Below, in pieces: positions 1-9,651 of a stretch of DNA of 64,000 bases. The stretch covers positions 7,739-71,738 of the forward strand of contig JAFTWG010000013.1 of NCBI GenBank assembly GCA_017465405.1, read 5' to 3'. Position numbers and translations under genes: made by a program. Below the pieces are notes generated by a model, which was given only the letters and a program-made list of their open reading frames with translations, did not search any database and was not told the DNA's origin. How positions within the stretch are numbered: the stretch's first letter is position 1; every line of letters starts with the position of its first letter. This stretch comes from Alphaproteobacteria bacterium. Lineage in GTDB: Bacteria; Pseudomonadota; Alphaproteobacteria; RF32; CAG-239.

Positions 1-28
1 AATCTTCTTGTACTTTTCTTTCTGACAT
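1..28 (-). CDS. 5' end of a minus-strand gene running off the left edge (begins MSERKVQED...)
   Basis: ATG at 26-28 (minus) with AAGGA about 9 nt upstream on the minus strand. Only 9 codons visible. Confidence 0.2.
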
Positions 29-111
29 TTATTTTTTTCCTTATTATTTATTGTTATTTTTGTGTCTTGATTGTAATACCATATTTTTAATAGTAAAGAA
101 AGATTTTAGTA

Positions 112-1470
112 TTATGCAAATATTCTCTCGGTCTTTTTGATTGCGGAAGGAGAACAGAAACATATAAGTCTGTCACGTATTTGAACAGTTTTATCCGATA
201 AATCAAAATAAACCTTATTATCTCTGATAAGAGCACATATTCTACTTTCGGACGGCATTGGTAATTCTGATATTTTTGTCCCTGAAAGGGTAGAGTTATC
301 GTGAATATTTATATCCCAAACTTCTCCTAAATTAGCTCCCAAAGAGTAAGCATTAACAATATTGGCTTTACGAAGTTCTTTTAAGATGGAAGACATGGTA
401 ATAGAGGTTCGGTCTACCAATATATTTTCTCCGATGTTGATAATTTGAGTGTTTGCACTACGCTCCGTTACCAAAGCTATGGTATTATCAACTCCGTTCT
501 TTTTAGCAACCATAGATGCTACTAAATTATCCTTATCTTCCATATTTACGGCAACGGAAGCATCTGCAGAATCTATACCGGTTTCTTCTAAAATTGCTTC
601 GCTCATAATTGAACCGCTGAATACGGCTGTCTGATTCAAGTGTTCTGCAAGCCATGAGGCTGATTTTACATCATCATCAATAATTTTTGTGCTGACAATA
701 TTGTCATCAATTTCAAGCTTTTCCGCTAAATATAAAGCAATTTGATTTCCGCCGATAATGACGATATTTTCATTAGCTTTATGTTCTAATCCGAAATCAT
801 GAACTAAATCATCTACTTTATCACTCTCTACAAGCAAACTTATTTCATCACCACCATGCAATTCATCATCACCGTTAGGGTAAATTATTTTTCCGCCGCG
901 AACAATACTGATAATCATTATATTTAAGTCCGGAGCAGCCCGCTCTAAATGGCTTAGAGGAATTTGAACCAAAGGACATTTTTTTGTTATACGGAACGAT
1001 AAAAGTTGAAGTTTTTTATCGGCTAAAGGATATACGACAGACATTCCCGGAATTTTTAAAACATTCATAAGGGCAGAAGCAATTTCATATTCGGGAGAAA
1101 ATACCAAATCAACTGGAATACTGTTATCATCAAACAGATTCCCCCATGCTGCTTTGAAATATACTCTTGAATCTATACGAGCAATACGACGAGGAATATC
1201 AAACAAAGTATATGCGGCTTGACAGGCGACCATATTAATTTCATCGCTGTCGGTTGCAGCAATCAGCAAATCGGCATTGGTAGCGCCGGCTTTTTTCAAT
1301 ATATCAGGATGAGAAACCAAGCCATATATCGGAAGAATATCCCATTCTTGAGCAATTTGATTCAAAGCATTTTCATCATTATCAATAACAATAATATCGT
1401 TATTTCCTCGGCTCAAATATCCGACAATACTTCGGCTTATACTATTGGCTCCACCAACAATTATTTTCAT
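112..1470 (-). CDS. trkA: Trk potassium uptake protein TrkA (tandem NAD-binding RCK domains)
   Basis: 452 aa. N-terminal GxGxxG Rossmann (IVGGANSISRSIVGYL), second Rossmann (IIGGNQIALYLAEKL) and two RCK_C-like segments. Length and layout match proteobacterial TrkA. Confidence 0.85.
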   Translation of the reverse strand: MKIIVGGANSISRSIVGYLSRGNNDIIVIDNDENALNQIAQEWDILPIYGLVSHPDILKKAGATNADLLIAATDSDEINMVACQAAYTLFDIPRRIARIDSRVYFKAAWGNLFDDNSIPVDLVFSPEYEIASALMNVLKIPGMSVVYPLADKKLQLLSFRITKKCPLVQIPLSHLERAAPDLNIMIISIVRGGKIIYPNGDDELHGGDEISLLVESDKVDDLVHDFGLEHKANENIVIIGGNQIALYLAEKLEIDDNIVSTKIIDDDVKSASWLAEHLNQTAVFSGSIMSEAILEETGIDSADASVAVNMEDKDNLVASMVAKKNGVDNTIALVTERSANTQIINIGENILVDRTSITMSSILKELRKANIVNAYSLGANLGEVWDINIHDNSTLSGTKISELPMPSESRICALIRDNKVYFDLSDKTVQIRDRLICFCSPSAIKKTERIFA

Positions 1471-1473
1471 AGG

Positions 1474-2436
1474 CTATTCTCCTAAAGACGAAAAATATTC
1501 ATTGATAACTGCAAAAGCAGTATCAAAATCAACAGTTCTTACATATTGCTCTCTAAAACGTTTGGCATCGTGTAATCCTTTACAATACCAACAAACATAT
1601 TTTCTTGATAAGGCGAGGGCAGTTCTATCACCATAATATTCTCTCAATCCTTTTATGTGGAGCAATAATATATCTTTTATTTTTTCTATATCAATAACGG
1701 GTGTTTCAACTCCCGTTTTCAAATAATTATCAATTTGAGCAACAAGCCAAGGTGCTCCCAGTGTTGCACGTCCTACCATAACAGCATCAACACCGGTGTA
1801 ATCAATCATTTTTTTAGCTGATATTCCGTCAACAATATCTCCGTTTCCAACTACCGGAATTTTAACTGCAGATTTAACATCTGCTATCAAATCCCAATTT
1901 GCCGTTCCGGAATAAAAATCGCTTCTTGTTCGTCCGTGAACGGTTATATAAGATGCTCCGCTGTCCTCGCACATTTTGGCAAAATCAACTACGTTAATAT
2001 GTTCGTGATCCCAACCTAAACGAAATTTAACACTAACCTTCAAAGGAGTTGCATCAACTACGGATTTTATGATTTTTGAGGCAAGGGGTAAATCTTTTGT
2101 TAGAGCTGAACCTGAATTGTTATTGACGATTTTTTTTACCGGACACCCCATATTTATATCTATGCTGTAAGCTCCTAATTCTTCAGCCAAACGGGCGGAA
2201 TCTGCGAATAATTCCGTATTTCCGCCCACTAGCTGAACTACTACCGGATAGGGTTCATCTCTCACATCTGCAATTCGACAAGTTTTCGGATTTTTTCTTT
2301 CCAAAGCATTGATGGCAACCATTTCGGAAACAATATTTCCACCACCGAAAGAGTGAACCAGATTTCGCAACGGTTTATCCGTAATTCCGGCCATTGGAGC
2401 TAAAAACACCTGACTGTCAAAATCCAAAATTTTCAT
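1474..2436 (-). CDS. dusB: tRNA-dihydrouridine synthase (Dus family, DusB-like)
   Basis: 320 aa TIM-barrel flavoenzyme. Conserved Dus motifs LAPMAGITD, catalytic Cys region DINMGCP, HGRTR. 3-nt gap to trkA suggests an operon. Confidence 0.8.
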   Translation of the reverse strand: MKILDFDSQVFLAPMAGITDKPLRNLVHSFGGGNIVSEMVAINALERKNPKTCRIADVRDEPYPVVVQLVGGNTELFADSARLAEELGAYSIDINMGCPVKKIVNNNSGSALTKDLPLASKIIKSVVDATPLKVSVKFRLGWDHEHINVVDFAKMCEDSGASYITVHGRTRSDFYSGTANWDLIADVKSAVKIPVVGNGDIVDGISAKKMIDYTGVDAVMVGRATLGAPWLVAQIDNYLKTGVETPVIDIEKIKDILLLHIKGLREYYGDRTALALSRKYVCWYCKGLHDAKRFREQYVRTVDFDTAFAVINEYFSSLGE

Positions 2437-2437
2437 T

Positions 2438-5400
2438 TTAATTCAACTTGTCCAATGCACGAGCAATAATATAATAAATCTTACCGATATCAGCTCCGGA
2501 AATAACCGAGAGTAATACGCTTGACTTTTCGCAACTGCGAGCTTTTTTGATAAGATTTTCAAATTCGCTCATATAAGTAGTAACATCTCTTCTGAATTCG
2601 GCATTTCTTTCAAATTCATCTTTGATGGCAACAACTTGTTTGCGGGTCATATTTTTAGCCAAGTAGCGAACGAAAGCATCTGTTTCGCCTTCATAATATC
2701 TCTTCCAAAGTTTTTCTTGAGCTTCGGCATTAAATACGGCATTGATATCAATAGCTAATGTTTCCATTTTTTCTATAATACCGGCAGCATTTTTCAAGAA
2801 TGTATCAACTTTGGCATCACGATATTTTTTCTCAATATCTAACAAATCTTTACTTGCTTTTTTAGCTCCGATATCAAGTAATTCGATTTGTTTTTGTAAT
2901 ACACCGTTGAAGTTGCTGGTATTGGCAACAATTTCGCCGCTGCGGGTATTGAAATCATCAATGCTTCCTTTAATGTTTGACATAACCGAATTAACTTTAT
3001 GAAGTGTTTCATCAGTTGTTTCGCTTAAAGATAAAGATTGCTGCATGAAGTTCTCACCGGAAACTTTTAGTTCATTGGAAATTCTTTCTGCATTAGCTGT
3101 AATTTCCATAATGGTCGCACGCAATTTATCACCTGATTTTTCAAAATATTGGGAGCTGATATTTGCGGCATCTTCCAATTCCATACCCAACGCTTTCAAG
3201 TCATCTCCCAAACCTTTTACTTTTTGATGAGCCATATTGGCTTTTTCGGTTAATTGGTCTGAGGTGTCTTTTAATATACCATTGAAATAATCTACCAAAG
3301 CACGAGTATCTTGGGAAATATGAACCATTTTATCATTTTGTGATGCAATTAATTCATTAATTTCTACCACACCGGTACTTGCTTCGGCAGTAACAGTATT
3401 AAAGCTAGCCAAATGACGCTCATAATCCTTCATAATTTTTTCCATTTTTGAAGTAGTAGCATCTGCTGTAGAAATAATATTGTCGGTGCTTTGTCCCAAA
3501 ATAGTGTGTACTTTTTCTATGTTAGCAATAGAAGTTTGTGAGGTTTTTTCCATTTCTTCGCCAACACTTAACAAACGTTCACCTAAAGCATTTACTTCGA
3601 AAGAAAGTTTTCCTGCTTTTTCATAAATGCCATCAATATTACCGTTCATTTGGTTGCAAATATCTTTCATTTTGTCGGTTACTTCTTTAGCTATATCTTG
3701 CATATATTTGTGTTGTTTAGACATAGAAGCTTCGCCTAAACGGGTTTGAGCAGCAACATTATTTGCTACATCTGCAAGCAATTCTTTTTGAGTTGCAAAA
3801 GCATTTTCAATATCAACCGCATGTTCACGCAATTTAACAATAACACCGTTAAGTCCGTTCATGTGATTGTCAACTTGACCGACAAAATCTTTTACATCTT
3901 TATTGAAGCCGTTGTTTGCACTTTTAATTTTATCAACGTTTAATAAAATGGTAGAAGTTGTTGTGTCTGAGTTGCTCTTCATATCTTTTAATATGCCGTT
4001 GAAGCTGTTTACACTCAAACCGAACTCGCTTGAAATTTTAGCCATTTTACCTGAAATTTCATTAATGCTGTTTTCAAGTTTTTGATTTCGTTCGGCAATG
4101 GCATCATCAATTTCTCCCAATCTGGCGATAGAAGAAGTTGATTTTTCAGCCACGTCTTCTGCATGTTTACCGATATTTTGTTCCATCTCAGACATTTTTG
4201 CAAATACTCTGTCCGAACTTTCTTCAATCGAAGCAATTTGTTCTTTTAATGATGCACTCAAATTGTTGGTATGTGCAGAGATTTTACTGCATACATCTAA
4301 AAATTCATTTTGTTGATGTTTGAACAATAAATTAATATTTTCTGCTTTTTCATCCAAAGCTTGTACAACATCAGATACATATCCTACCGTATTGTCAGCC
4401 ACGGAGTTAAGCATTGTAGATTGAGATTCGAAAGCCGATAAAATTTCACTAAATTTATTACCTGAACTTGCTGCGGCTTGTTCAACCATATCTGCGTGAA
4501 TTGATAAAGCTTCGGAAACTTGCGTTGTTTTTTCGTCGATATAAGAAATAAGTGTTCCGAATTTGTTGTTTTGTGAAGAAATAACATCATCAAGACCGGA
4601 AACTTTAGCCAAAGTTTGTTCGGTAACCTCAACAAATTTTTCTGCCCCTTGTGACAAACTGATATTAATTTCATTTGTCTTGTTAACAACATCTGCAGAG
4701 GCTTGAACAGATGCGGCAAGTTGTTCTTTCAAACGATTAACGGCTTCGTTAGCTTCTTCGGTAATAACATTTGCAGCACGAGAAAGTTCGTCAATTTGAC
4801 GCTTGAGTTCGGCTTTAGTTTCTTCAATTTTGCTGATTGAACTGTTAATATGTCTGTTTTGTTGTTGCAATGAGGTTTCGGCAACCTTGCTTTGAGTAAC
4901 TGCAAAATTACTTGTTTCGGAAAGTTTTTCCGTTTGATCAAGTAATGCGTCACGAAGAGTTCCGAATTGTTCCATAATTCCATCAGCAGTATTTTTAACA
5001 TTTTCCATATTCTCACCGAAACGATTGGTAATACCGTTAAGGTTTTCAAAAATGGCATCTGTAAGTTTTTGAATACGGTCGTGTTGAGCTTCGACATTAT
5101 CGGCACAGATAGATGTTTGTTGATTGGCATTGTCTGTATACGATTTGAGTTTTTCGGTCTTTTCTTCAACCGCATCAACAACTTTTTGAATGCTGTTAAT
5201 CGCACTATCGCTACGATTATCCAAGTTTTCAAATTGTGCTTTGAGCGATGTTTCGATGGTGTCCAAGCTTGTGGTAATATCTTCTGCCACATTTTTAAGA
5301 TCATTTACTTGAACCGAAATACTTTCTTCTATAACATTTGAACGAGCGATAATTTTATCTACTTCACCGCTCAACACTTCGCCATGTTCGGCAAATTTTT

Positions 5401-6379
5401 TATAAATATCACGAATGTTCTCATCTAATGAAGCTGCATATTCATCAACATGCAAAGTTTGTGATTTCAACAGTTCATCAATATCCATGGTAATGGTTTT
5501 AACTTTTTCGCCGACATTTTGACTGCTATTGATAGCCTTTTCTGATATTTCTTCCAAAAATTGTCCTTGGCTTTGAAGTTTATTAATAACTTTATTGAAA
5601 TTTTCTTCGGATATAGAGCTGTAATTTTTAAGATTTTCGTTTGCTTCCAAAATTCGTTGAGTTGAAGTTTCAGCAACACTCTGGATTGTATCTGCTGAAG
5701 TTTTCATCTCTTGAACTCCCGGAATCAAGTCTTTTATAATTCCGTTAATATCATTTTGCAAATGATTTGCAACTTCCGAAAATTCGCCCATACATTGATT
5801 GAGTTCTTTTGTGGTTTGGAATGCTCTGTCTGTAACACCGTCAAAGCTTTGAGTAAGCGTTTTCACACCGTTTGTTAATTCCACAATACTTTTGGTTGAA
5901 TAATTGTCCAATACCTGAACCAAGTTTGAAAAGTCATCTACACGAGCTCCCAGTTCTTTTTTAATAGTATCCGTTTGTTGCATGGCAAGTCTGGTAACTT
6001 CTTGCAATTCGTCAACTTGAGAGCGAATAGCGTCAGCCATGGCTTTAGCTGTTTCGGCACTACCTTCTTCCGGATATACCAACTGATTCATATATGCACG
6101 CAAAAATTTTGCTTCTTGTTTGAAATTGCGTTCTCTGTCTATAAAAGCCATAACCAACCAAATTATAGGCAACGGCAAAGAAACACCGGCCAAAAATACA
6201 CCAAATTCGTTCGGCATCATCAAGAACAGGTTAGACCAACCGAAAAATTGGGTAATATAGATTAGAACAATGGCAAACCAACATACACCTACAACAATCA
6301 TTAATCGGTGAAGATTGTTGCTGAACCAAGATTTTTCTTCTTCTACGGCAAAATTTTCATTTTCAACTTTGTTACTCAT
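2438..6379 (-). CDS. giant membrane-anchored coiled-coil protein (about 1313 aa), function unknown
   Basis: Two N-terminal TM helices (MIVVGVCWFAIVLIYITQFF / VFLAGVSLPLPIIWLVMAFI), then more than 1100 aa of heptad-rich low-complexity sequence in E/K/Q/L/N/S. No MCP signalling-domain motif seen. Track start at 6421 is a TTG sitting directly on a TATAAT-like -10, so the ATG at 6379 (MSNKVENEN) is preferred. Confidence 0.6.
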   Translation of the reverse strand: MSNKVENENFAVEEEKSWFSNNLHRLMIVVGVCWFAIVLIYITQFFGWSNLFLMMPNEFGVFLAGVSLPLPIIWLVMAFIDRERNFKQEAKFLRAYMNQLVYPEEGSAETAKAMADAIRSQVDELQEVTRLAMQQTDTIKKELGARVDDFSNLVQVLDNYSTKSIVELTNGVKTLTQSFDGVTDRAFQTTKELNQCMGEFSEVANHLQNDINGIIKDLIPGVQEMKTSADTIQSVAETSTQRILEANENLKNYSSISEENFNKVINKLQSQGQFLEEISEKAINSSQNVGEKVKTITMDIDELLKSQTLHVDEYAASLDENIRDIYKKFAEHGEVLSGEVDKIIARSNVIEESISVQVNDLKNVAEDITTSLDTIETSLKAQFENLDNRSDSAINSIQKVVDAVEEKTEKLKSYTDNANQQTSICADNVEAQHDRIQKLTDAIFENLNGITNRFGENMENVKNTADGIMEQFGTLRDALLDQTEKLSETSNFAVTQSKVAETSLQQQNRHINSSISKIEETKAELKRQIDELSRAANVITEEANEAVNRLKEQLAASVQASADVVNKTNEINISLSQGAEKFVEVTEQTLAKVSGLDDVISSQNNKFGTLISYIDEKTTQVSEALSIHADMVEQAAASSGNKFSEILSAFESQSTMLNSVADNTVGYVSDVVQALDEKAENINLLFKHQQNEFLDVCSKISAHTNNLSASLKEQIASIEESSDRVFAKMSEMEQNIGKHAEDVAEKSTSSIARLGEIDDAIAERNQKLENSINEISGKMAKISSEFGLSVNSFNGILKDMKSNSDTTTSTILLNVDKIKSANNGFNKDVKDFVGQVDNHMNGLNGVIVKLREHAVDIENAFATQKELLADVANNVAAQTRLGEASMSKQHKYMQDIAKEVTDKMKDICNQMNGNIDGIYEKAGKLSFEVNALGERLLSVGEEMEKTSQTSIANIEKVHTILGQSTDNIISTADATTSKMEKIMKDYERHLASFNTVTAEASTGVVEINELIASQNDKMVHISQDTRALVDYFNGILKDTSDQLTEKANMAHQKVKGLGDDLKALGMELEDAANISSQYFEKSGDKLRATIMEITANAERISNELKVSGENFMQQSLSLSETTDETLHKVNSVMSNIKGSIDDFNTRSGEIVANTSNFNGVLQKQIELLDIGAKKASKDLLDIEKKYRDAKVDTFLKNAAGIIEKMETLAIDINAVFNAEAQEKLWKRYYEGETDAFVRYLAKNMTRKQVVAIKDEFERNAEFRRDVTTYMSEFENLIKKARSCEKSSVLLSVISGADIGKIYYIIARALDKLN

Positions 6380-6461
6380 TTTAAAACATCCAGATATTGT
6401 TAATTTATATAAATCGAGCAAATTATACAGTGTAAATATTAATTTTTAGATAACAGGATGT

Positions 6462-6495
6462 TTATATATAAAAAGAAGCCACAATCTTTGTAGCT
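6462..6495. terminator. hairpin gaagccacaa-tct-ttgtagcttc flanked by A/T runs. Terminator for the Cys-rich gene on the minus strand.
   Basis: 10-bp stem with one G-U pair and a T-run on either strand. Confidence 0.45.
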
Positions 6496-6508
6496 TCTTT
6501 TTTTATGT

Positions 6509-6670
6509 TTATTTTTTTCGGCAGCAACAACGCTTTTTTGTCGGTTTTTCTTCTTTTGCCTTTTTTTCTTCACAATTAGGGCATTTGCATTCGCCGTCTT
6601 TGCCACATTGGCAATCATCACCACATTGGCAGTTTTCACATTTACAATCGGGATTATTACAGTTTTTCAT
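6509..6670 (-). CDS. small Cys-rich metallothionein-like protein (53 aa, 12 Cys): MKNCNNPDCKCENCQCGDDCQCGKDGECKCPNCEEKKAKEEKPTKKRCCCRKK
   Basis: Hand-translated minus-strand ORF starting at the ATG at 6668-6670. AAGGAGAG RBS 6 nt upstream on the minus strand. CxC / CxxC metal-binding-type spacing, followed by a hairpin terminator. Not in the ORF track (under 60 aa); the track ORF 6439..6639 is in another frame. Confidence 0.55.
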   Translation of the reverse strand: MKNCNNPDCKCENCQCGDDCQCGKDGECKCPNCEEKKAKEEKPTKKRCCCRKK

Positions 6671-6790
6671 TCTTACTCTCCTTTAGTTTGCTTCTATGCA
6701 AGATATATGCCTAATAAAGCCGTTCGTCAACCTCAAAAAAATATTGCCTATGCAAAAAAAATAATTTAATCTTTGCCGAAGGAGTATAAT

Positions 6791-7780
6791 ATGACTTTGA
6801 ATAAAAAAGAAATAGTAGCTTTACTAAACGATGAAAAAAATCAAGATGTTTTATTTAAACAAGCAGATGAAATTCGCAAACAATATGTCGGTGACGAAGT
6901 TCATTTACGCGGATTGATAGAATTTTCAAATATATGTCGTAATAATTGTTTATATTGCGGTATCAGAAGCGGTAATAAAGAAGCTCAAAGATACAGAATG
7001 GAGCCGGAAGAAATTATTGCAACAGCCAAACAAGCCGCAGATATGGGATTTAAGACTATCGTGATGCAATCAGGCGAAGATATGTATTATAATATTGATA
7101 GAATGTGTCACATTATTAAAGAAATCAAAAAATTTGATGTAGCTGTAACCTTGAGTATCGGTGAACGTTCTTATGAAGAATATAAGGCATTTCGTGAAGC
7201 CGGAGCAGACAGATATTTGATGAGAATAGAAACAACCGACAAAGATTTATATCACCAACTTGACCCTAATATGAGTTGGCAAAATAGATATGATTGTCTA
7301 ATGATGATAAAAGAGCTGGGATATGAATTAGGTTCGGGAATTATGGTCGGTTTGCCTAACCAATCTGTTGAGTCAATCGCCGAAGATTTACTTTTCTTAA
7401 AGGACATAGAAGTAGATATGTCTGGTATCGGCCCATTCATTCCTCATCCTCAAACTCCATTAGGAAAAGAGCAGGGCGGAGCGCTAAATTTAGCCTTGAG
7501 AACAATGGCGATTATGCGTTTATTGTTACCGGATATAAATATTCCGGCAACTACCGCAATGGAAACTTTGCACCCTCAAGGAAGAATTATGGCTTTGCAG
7601 GCCGGTGCAAATGTTGTTATGCCTAATGTTAACTCGGGCGAATATAGAAAACTTTATCAACTATATCCGGGAAAAAATAATGCCGATGTTGCTTCTACGC
7701 ATGCTCAAAGTGATGTCGGTAAAAAGATTATTTCTATCGGACGAACAATAGGTAAAGGTTACGGAGGTCATAAAAAATAA
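6791..7780 (+). CDS. hydE: [FeFe]-hydrogenase maturase HydE-like radical SAM protein
   Basis: CxxxCxxC motif in the context IEFSNICRNNCLYCGIRSGN, which matches HydE rather than BioB. AAGGAG RBS at 6779-6784, ATG at 6791. The track start at 6773 is a TTG. Confidence 0.7.
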   Translation: MTLNKKEIVALLNDEKNQDVLFKQADEIRKQYVGDEVHLRGLIEFSNICRNNCLYCGIRSGNKEAQRYRMEPEEIIATAKQAADMGFKTIVMQSGEDMYYNIDRMCHIIKEIKKFDVAVTLSIGERSYEEYKAFREAGADRYLMRIETTDKDLYHQLDPNMSWQNRYDCLMMIKELGYELGSGIMVGLPNQSVESIAEDLLFLKDIEVDMSGIGPFIPHPQTPLGKEQGGALNLALRTMAIMRLLLPDINIPATTAMETLHPQGRIMALQAGANVVMPNVNSGEYRKLYQLYPGKNNADVASTHAQSDVGKKIISIGRTIGKGYGGHKK

Positions 7781-7830
7781 AAATTGTTAGCTCTTTTATA
7801 TTTTTAGCTTGATTTAAAGTTAAAATTGAT

Positions 7831-7852
7831 ATACATACCTACCGGAATGTAT
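7831..7852. promoter_or_regulatory. inverted repeat ATACAT-N10-ATGTAT just upstream of the TetR-family gene; candidate TetR operator
   Basis: 6-bp perfect arms about 20 nt upstream of the tetR start, a typical autoregulatory position. Confidence 0.25.
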
Positions 7853-7869
7853 GAATAAACGGAGCTGTT

Positions 7870-8493
7870 ATGGTTCGAAAAACCAAAGAGGAAAAAGAAA
7901 ACACAAGGTTGCAGATTTTACAGGCTGCCCTTGATTGTTTTTATGAAAAAGGTTTCTCTAAAACATCTTTTGATGATATTGCCACACTAATAGGTATGAC
8001 TAAAGGTGCGGTATATTGGCATTTTAAAGACAAAGGCGATTTGTTGGTTGAGCTGATTAAACAACGTTTAGAAATAAAAGCAAAAAACTCAAGAGGGAAC
8101 AATCCTTCTCCTGCAAATTTGCAAGAATTGCGAGATTTTTTTGCTTTTGAAGCCAACTATTTGGAAACACATCCGGCATTGCAAAAATTTATATTTTTTA
8201 CAATGTTACAGGTCGAATGGTCTGATGCTATTTTTAACAAAGTTTTATCAGAACTGGGCGATATTCGAAAATTTCACGTTACAACAGTTTATAATGCTTT
8301 ATTATCGGCTCAAAAAAATGGAGAAATATCTCCGACGATTGACATAAAAGAAACAGCTCAAATTATTGCTAATATGTGGAAAGGTGCAATACACTTCTAC
8401 GTATCGGAACGCAATGCAAATTTCAGTATTGCAAAAAATTTTATTAATGGTTTGGACATAATATTAAACTGGCTAAAAAAAGAAGGAAAATAA
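7870..8493 (+). CDS. TetR/AcrR-family transcriptional repressor
   Basis: N-terminal HTH with the TetR signature (GFSKTSFDDIATLIGMTKGAVYWHFKDK). Directly precedes the RND genes. Confidence 0.85.
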   Translation: MVRKTKEEKENTRLQILQAALDCFYEKGFSKTSFDDIATLIGMTKGAVYWHFKDKGDLLVELIKQRLEIKAKNSRGNNPSPANLQELRDFFAFEANYLETHPALQKFIFFTMLQVEWSDAIFNKVLSELGDIRKFHVTTVYNALLSAQKNGEISPTIDIKETAQIIANMWKGAIHFYVSERNANFSIAKNFINGLDIILNWLKKEGK

Positions 8494-8494
8494 A

Positions 8495-9649
8495 ATGAAA
8501 ACAGGACAGATGAGTAATAGAAAGATATTAAAACAGTTTTTATTAATCGGCTTATGTGTAACTGCCGGGTGGTTTTTAAAAGCTCGTTTTACTCCACCTT
8601 CAATGATGGGAGCAATGGGAGGGGCCGGTGAGCCTATGGTTTTGGTTGAAACCGTTAAAAAACAAGATATTACTCCGTCTCAAAATTTTATCGGTAAGGT
8701 TGATGCCATCAATTCAGTAAGCCTACAACCTCAAGTTAGCGGATATATGGAAAAAGTTACATTTACCGAAGGTTCAATGGTTAATAAAGGCGATGTTTTG
8801 TTTGTTATTGAAAAACAAAAATACCAAGCAACCGCAGATTTGCGCAAAGCAGAATTAGATTCTGCAAAAGCCAGTTTAACCAGAATTGAAAAAGATTATC
8901 ATCGTCAAAAATCATTAAATCAACAAAAATATGCTTCTGAAGCAAAACTTGATGAAGCTTATTCAAGTTTGTTACAGGCACAAGCGGCCGTAAAACAAGC
9001 CGAAGCAAATTATTCTTTAGCCAAAATAGATTTAAACCATGCCGAAATCAAGGCACCTTTTTCCGGAAAAATAGGTAAAGCAAAAGTTACTGAAGGTAAC
9101 TATGTAAGTTCTGCAACCGGAATTTTAGCCTCTGTTGTTCAAGTAAATCCGATAAGAATAACTTTTTCGGTTACAGACAAACAAATTACAAACTTTTTAC
9201 AAAATCGTGCCGGTAATACACATTTAAATGTTCGTGTAGAATTGCCAAATGGTGAAGTTATAAGAAAAACATCTACAGACGAGTTTGTTGATAATTCTAT
9301 TGATACAGCAACTGCAACATTGGCTGTTTATGCCGAATTTGATAACAGCGATGGTGTATTGGTTCCGGGAAGTTATGTAAATTTAGATGTAGATGCCGGT
9401 ATAACTAAAAATGCTTTAACCATATCACAAGCTTCTGTAGGACAAGATGAGCATGGCAACTATGTAATGATTGTCAATAAAGACAATATGGTAGAACAAC
9501 GCCGTGTTGAATTAGGTGAAGTTTTCGGAACTCGTCAAATTGTGAAATCAGGCTTAAAAGATGGAGATAAAGTTATCATACAAGGTCTGCAAAAAGTTAG
9601 CGACGGCAAAAAAGTCAGAGTAGAAGAAATTAAGACAGAAGGAAAATAA
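8495..9649 (+). CDS. RND efflux periplasmic adaptor (membrane fusion protein, AcrA/MexA-like)
   Basis: Signal/TM anchor, biotinyl-lipoyl-like hairpin, coiled-coil hairpin, beta-barrel. ATG 1 nt after the tetR stop. Confidence 0.85.
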   Translation: MKTGQMSNRKILKQFLLIGLCVTAGWFLKARFTPPSMMGAMGGAGEPMVLVETVKKQDITPSQNFIGKVDAINSVSLQPQVSGYMEKVTFTEGSMVNKGDVLFVIEKQKYQATADLRKAELDSAKASLTRIEKDYHRQKSLNQQKYASEAKLDEAYSSLLQAQAAVKQAEANYSLAKIDLNHAEIKAPFSGKIGKAKVTEGNYVSSATGILASVVQVNPIRITFSVTDKQITNFLQNRAGNTHLNVRVELPNGEVIRKTSTDEFVDNSIDTATATLAVYAEFDNSDGVLVPGSYVNLDVDAGITKNALTISQASVGQDEHGNYVMIVNKDNMVEQRRVELGEVFGTRQIVKSGLKDGDKVIIQGLQKVSDGKKVRVEEIKTEGK

Positions 9650-9651
9650 AA

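Noticed and set aside
2742-5679. Many 60-190-aa ORFs on both strands inside the 1300-aa coiled-coil gene
   Set aside because: Low-complexity, heptad-repeat DNA yields long open alternative frames. All are nested in the long ORF and lack start signals.
2438-6379. Methyl-accepting chemotaxis protein assignment for the large coiled-coil protein
   Set aside because: Topology and coiled-coil richness resemble an MCP, but the highly conserved signalling-domain hairpin motif and methylation consensus are absent.
6439-6639. 66-aa track ORF MKTANVVMIANVAKT... on the minus strand
   Set aside because: Wrong frame. The same DNA encodes, in another minus-strand frame, a 53-aa Cys-rich protein with a perfect RBS and terminator, while the track ORF has no RBS and starts inside that gene.
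6773-6790. Track start (TTG at 6773) for hydE
   Set aside because: AAGGAG RBS lies at 6779-6784, inside the proposed extension. The ATG at 6791 is correctly spaced.
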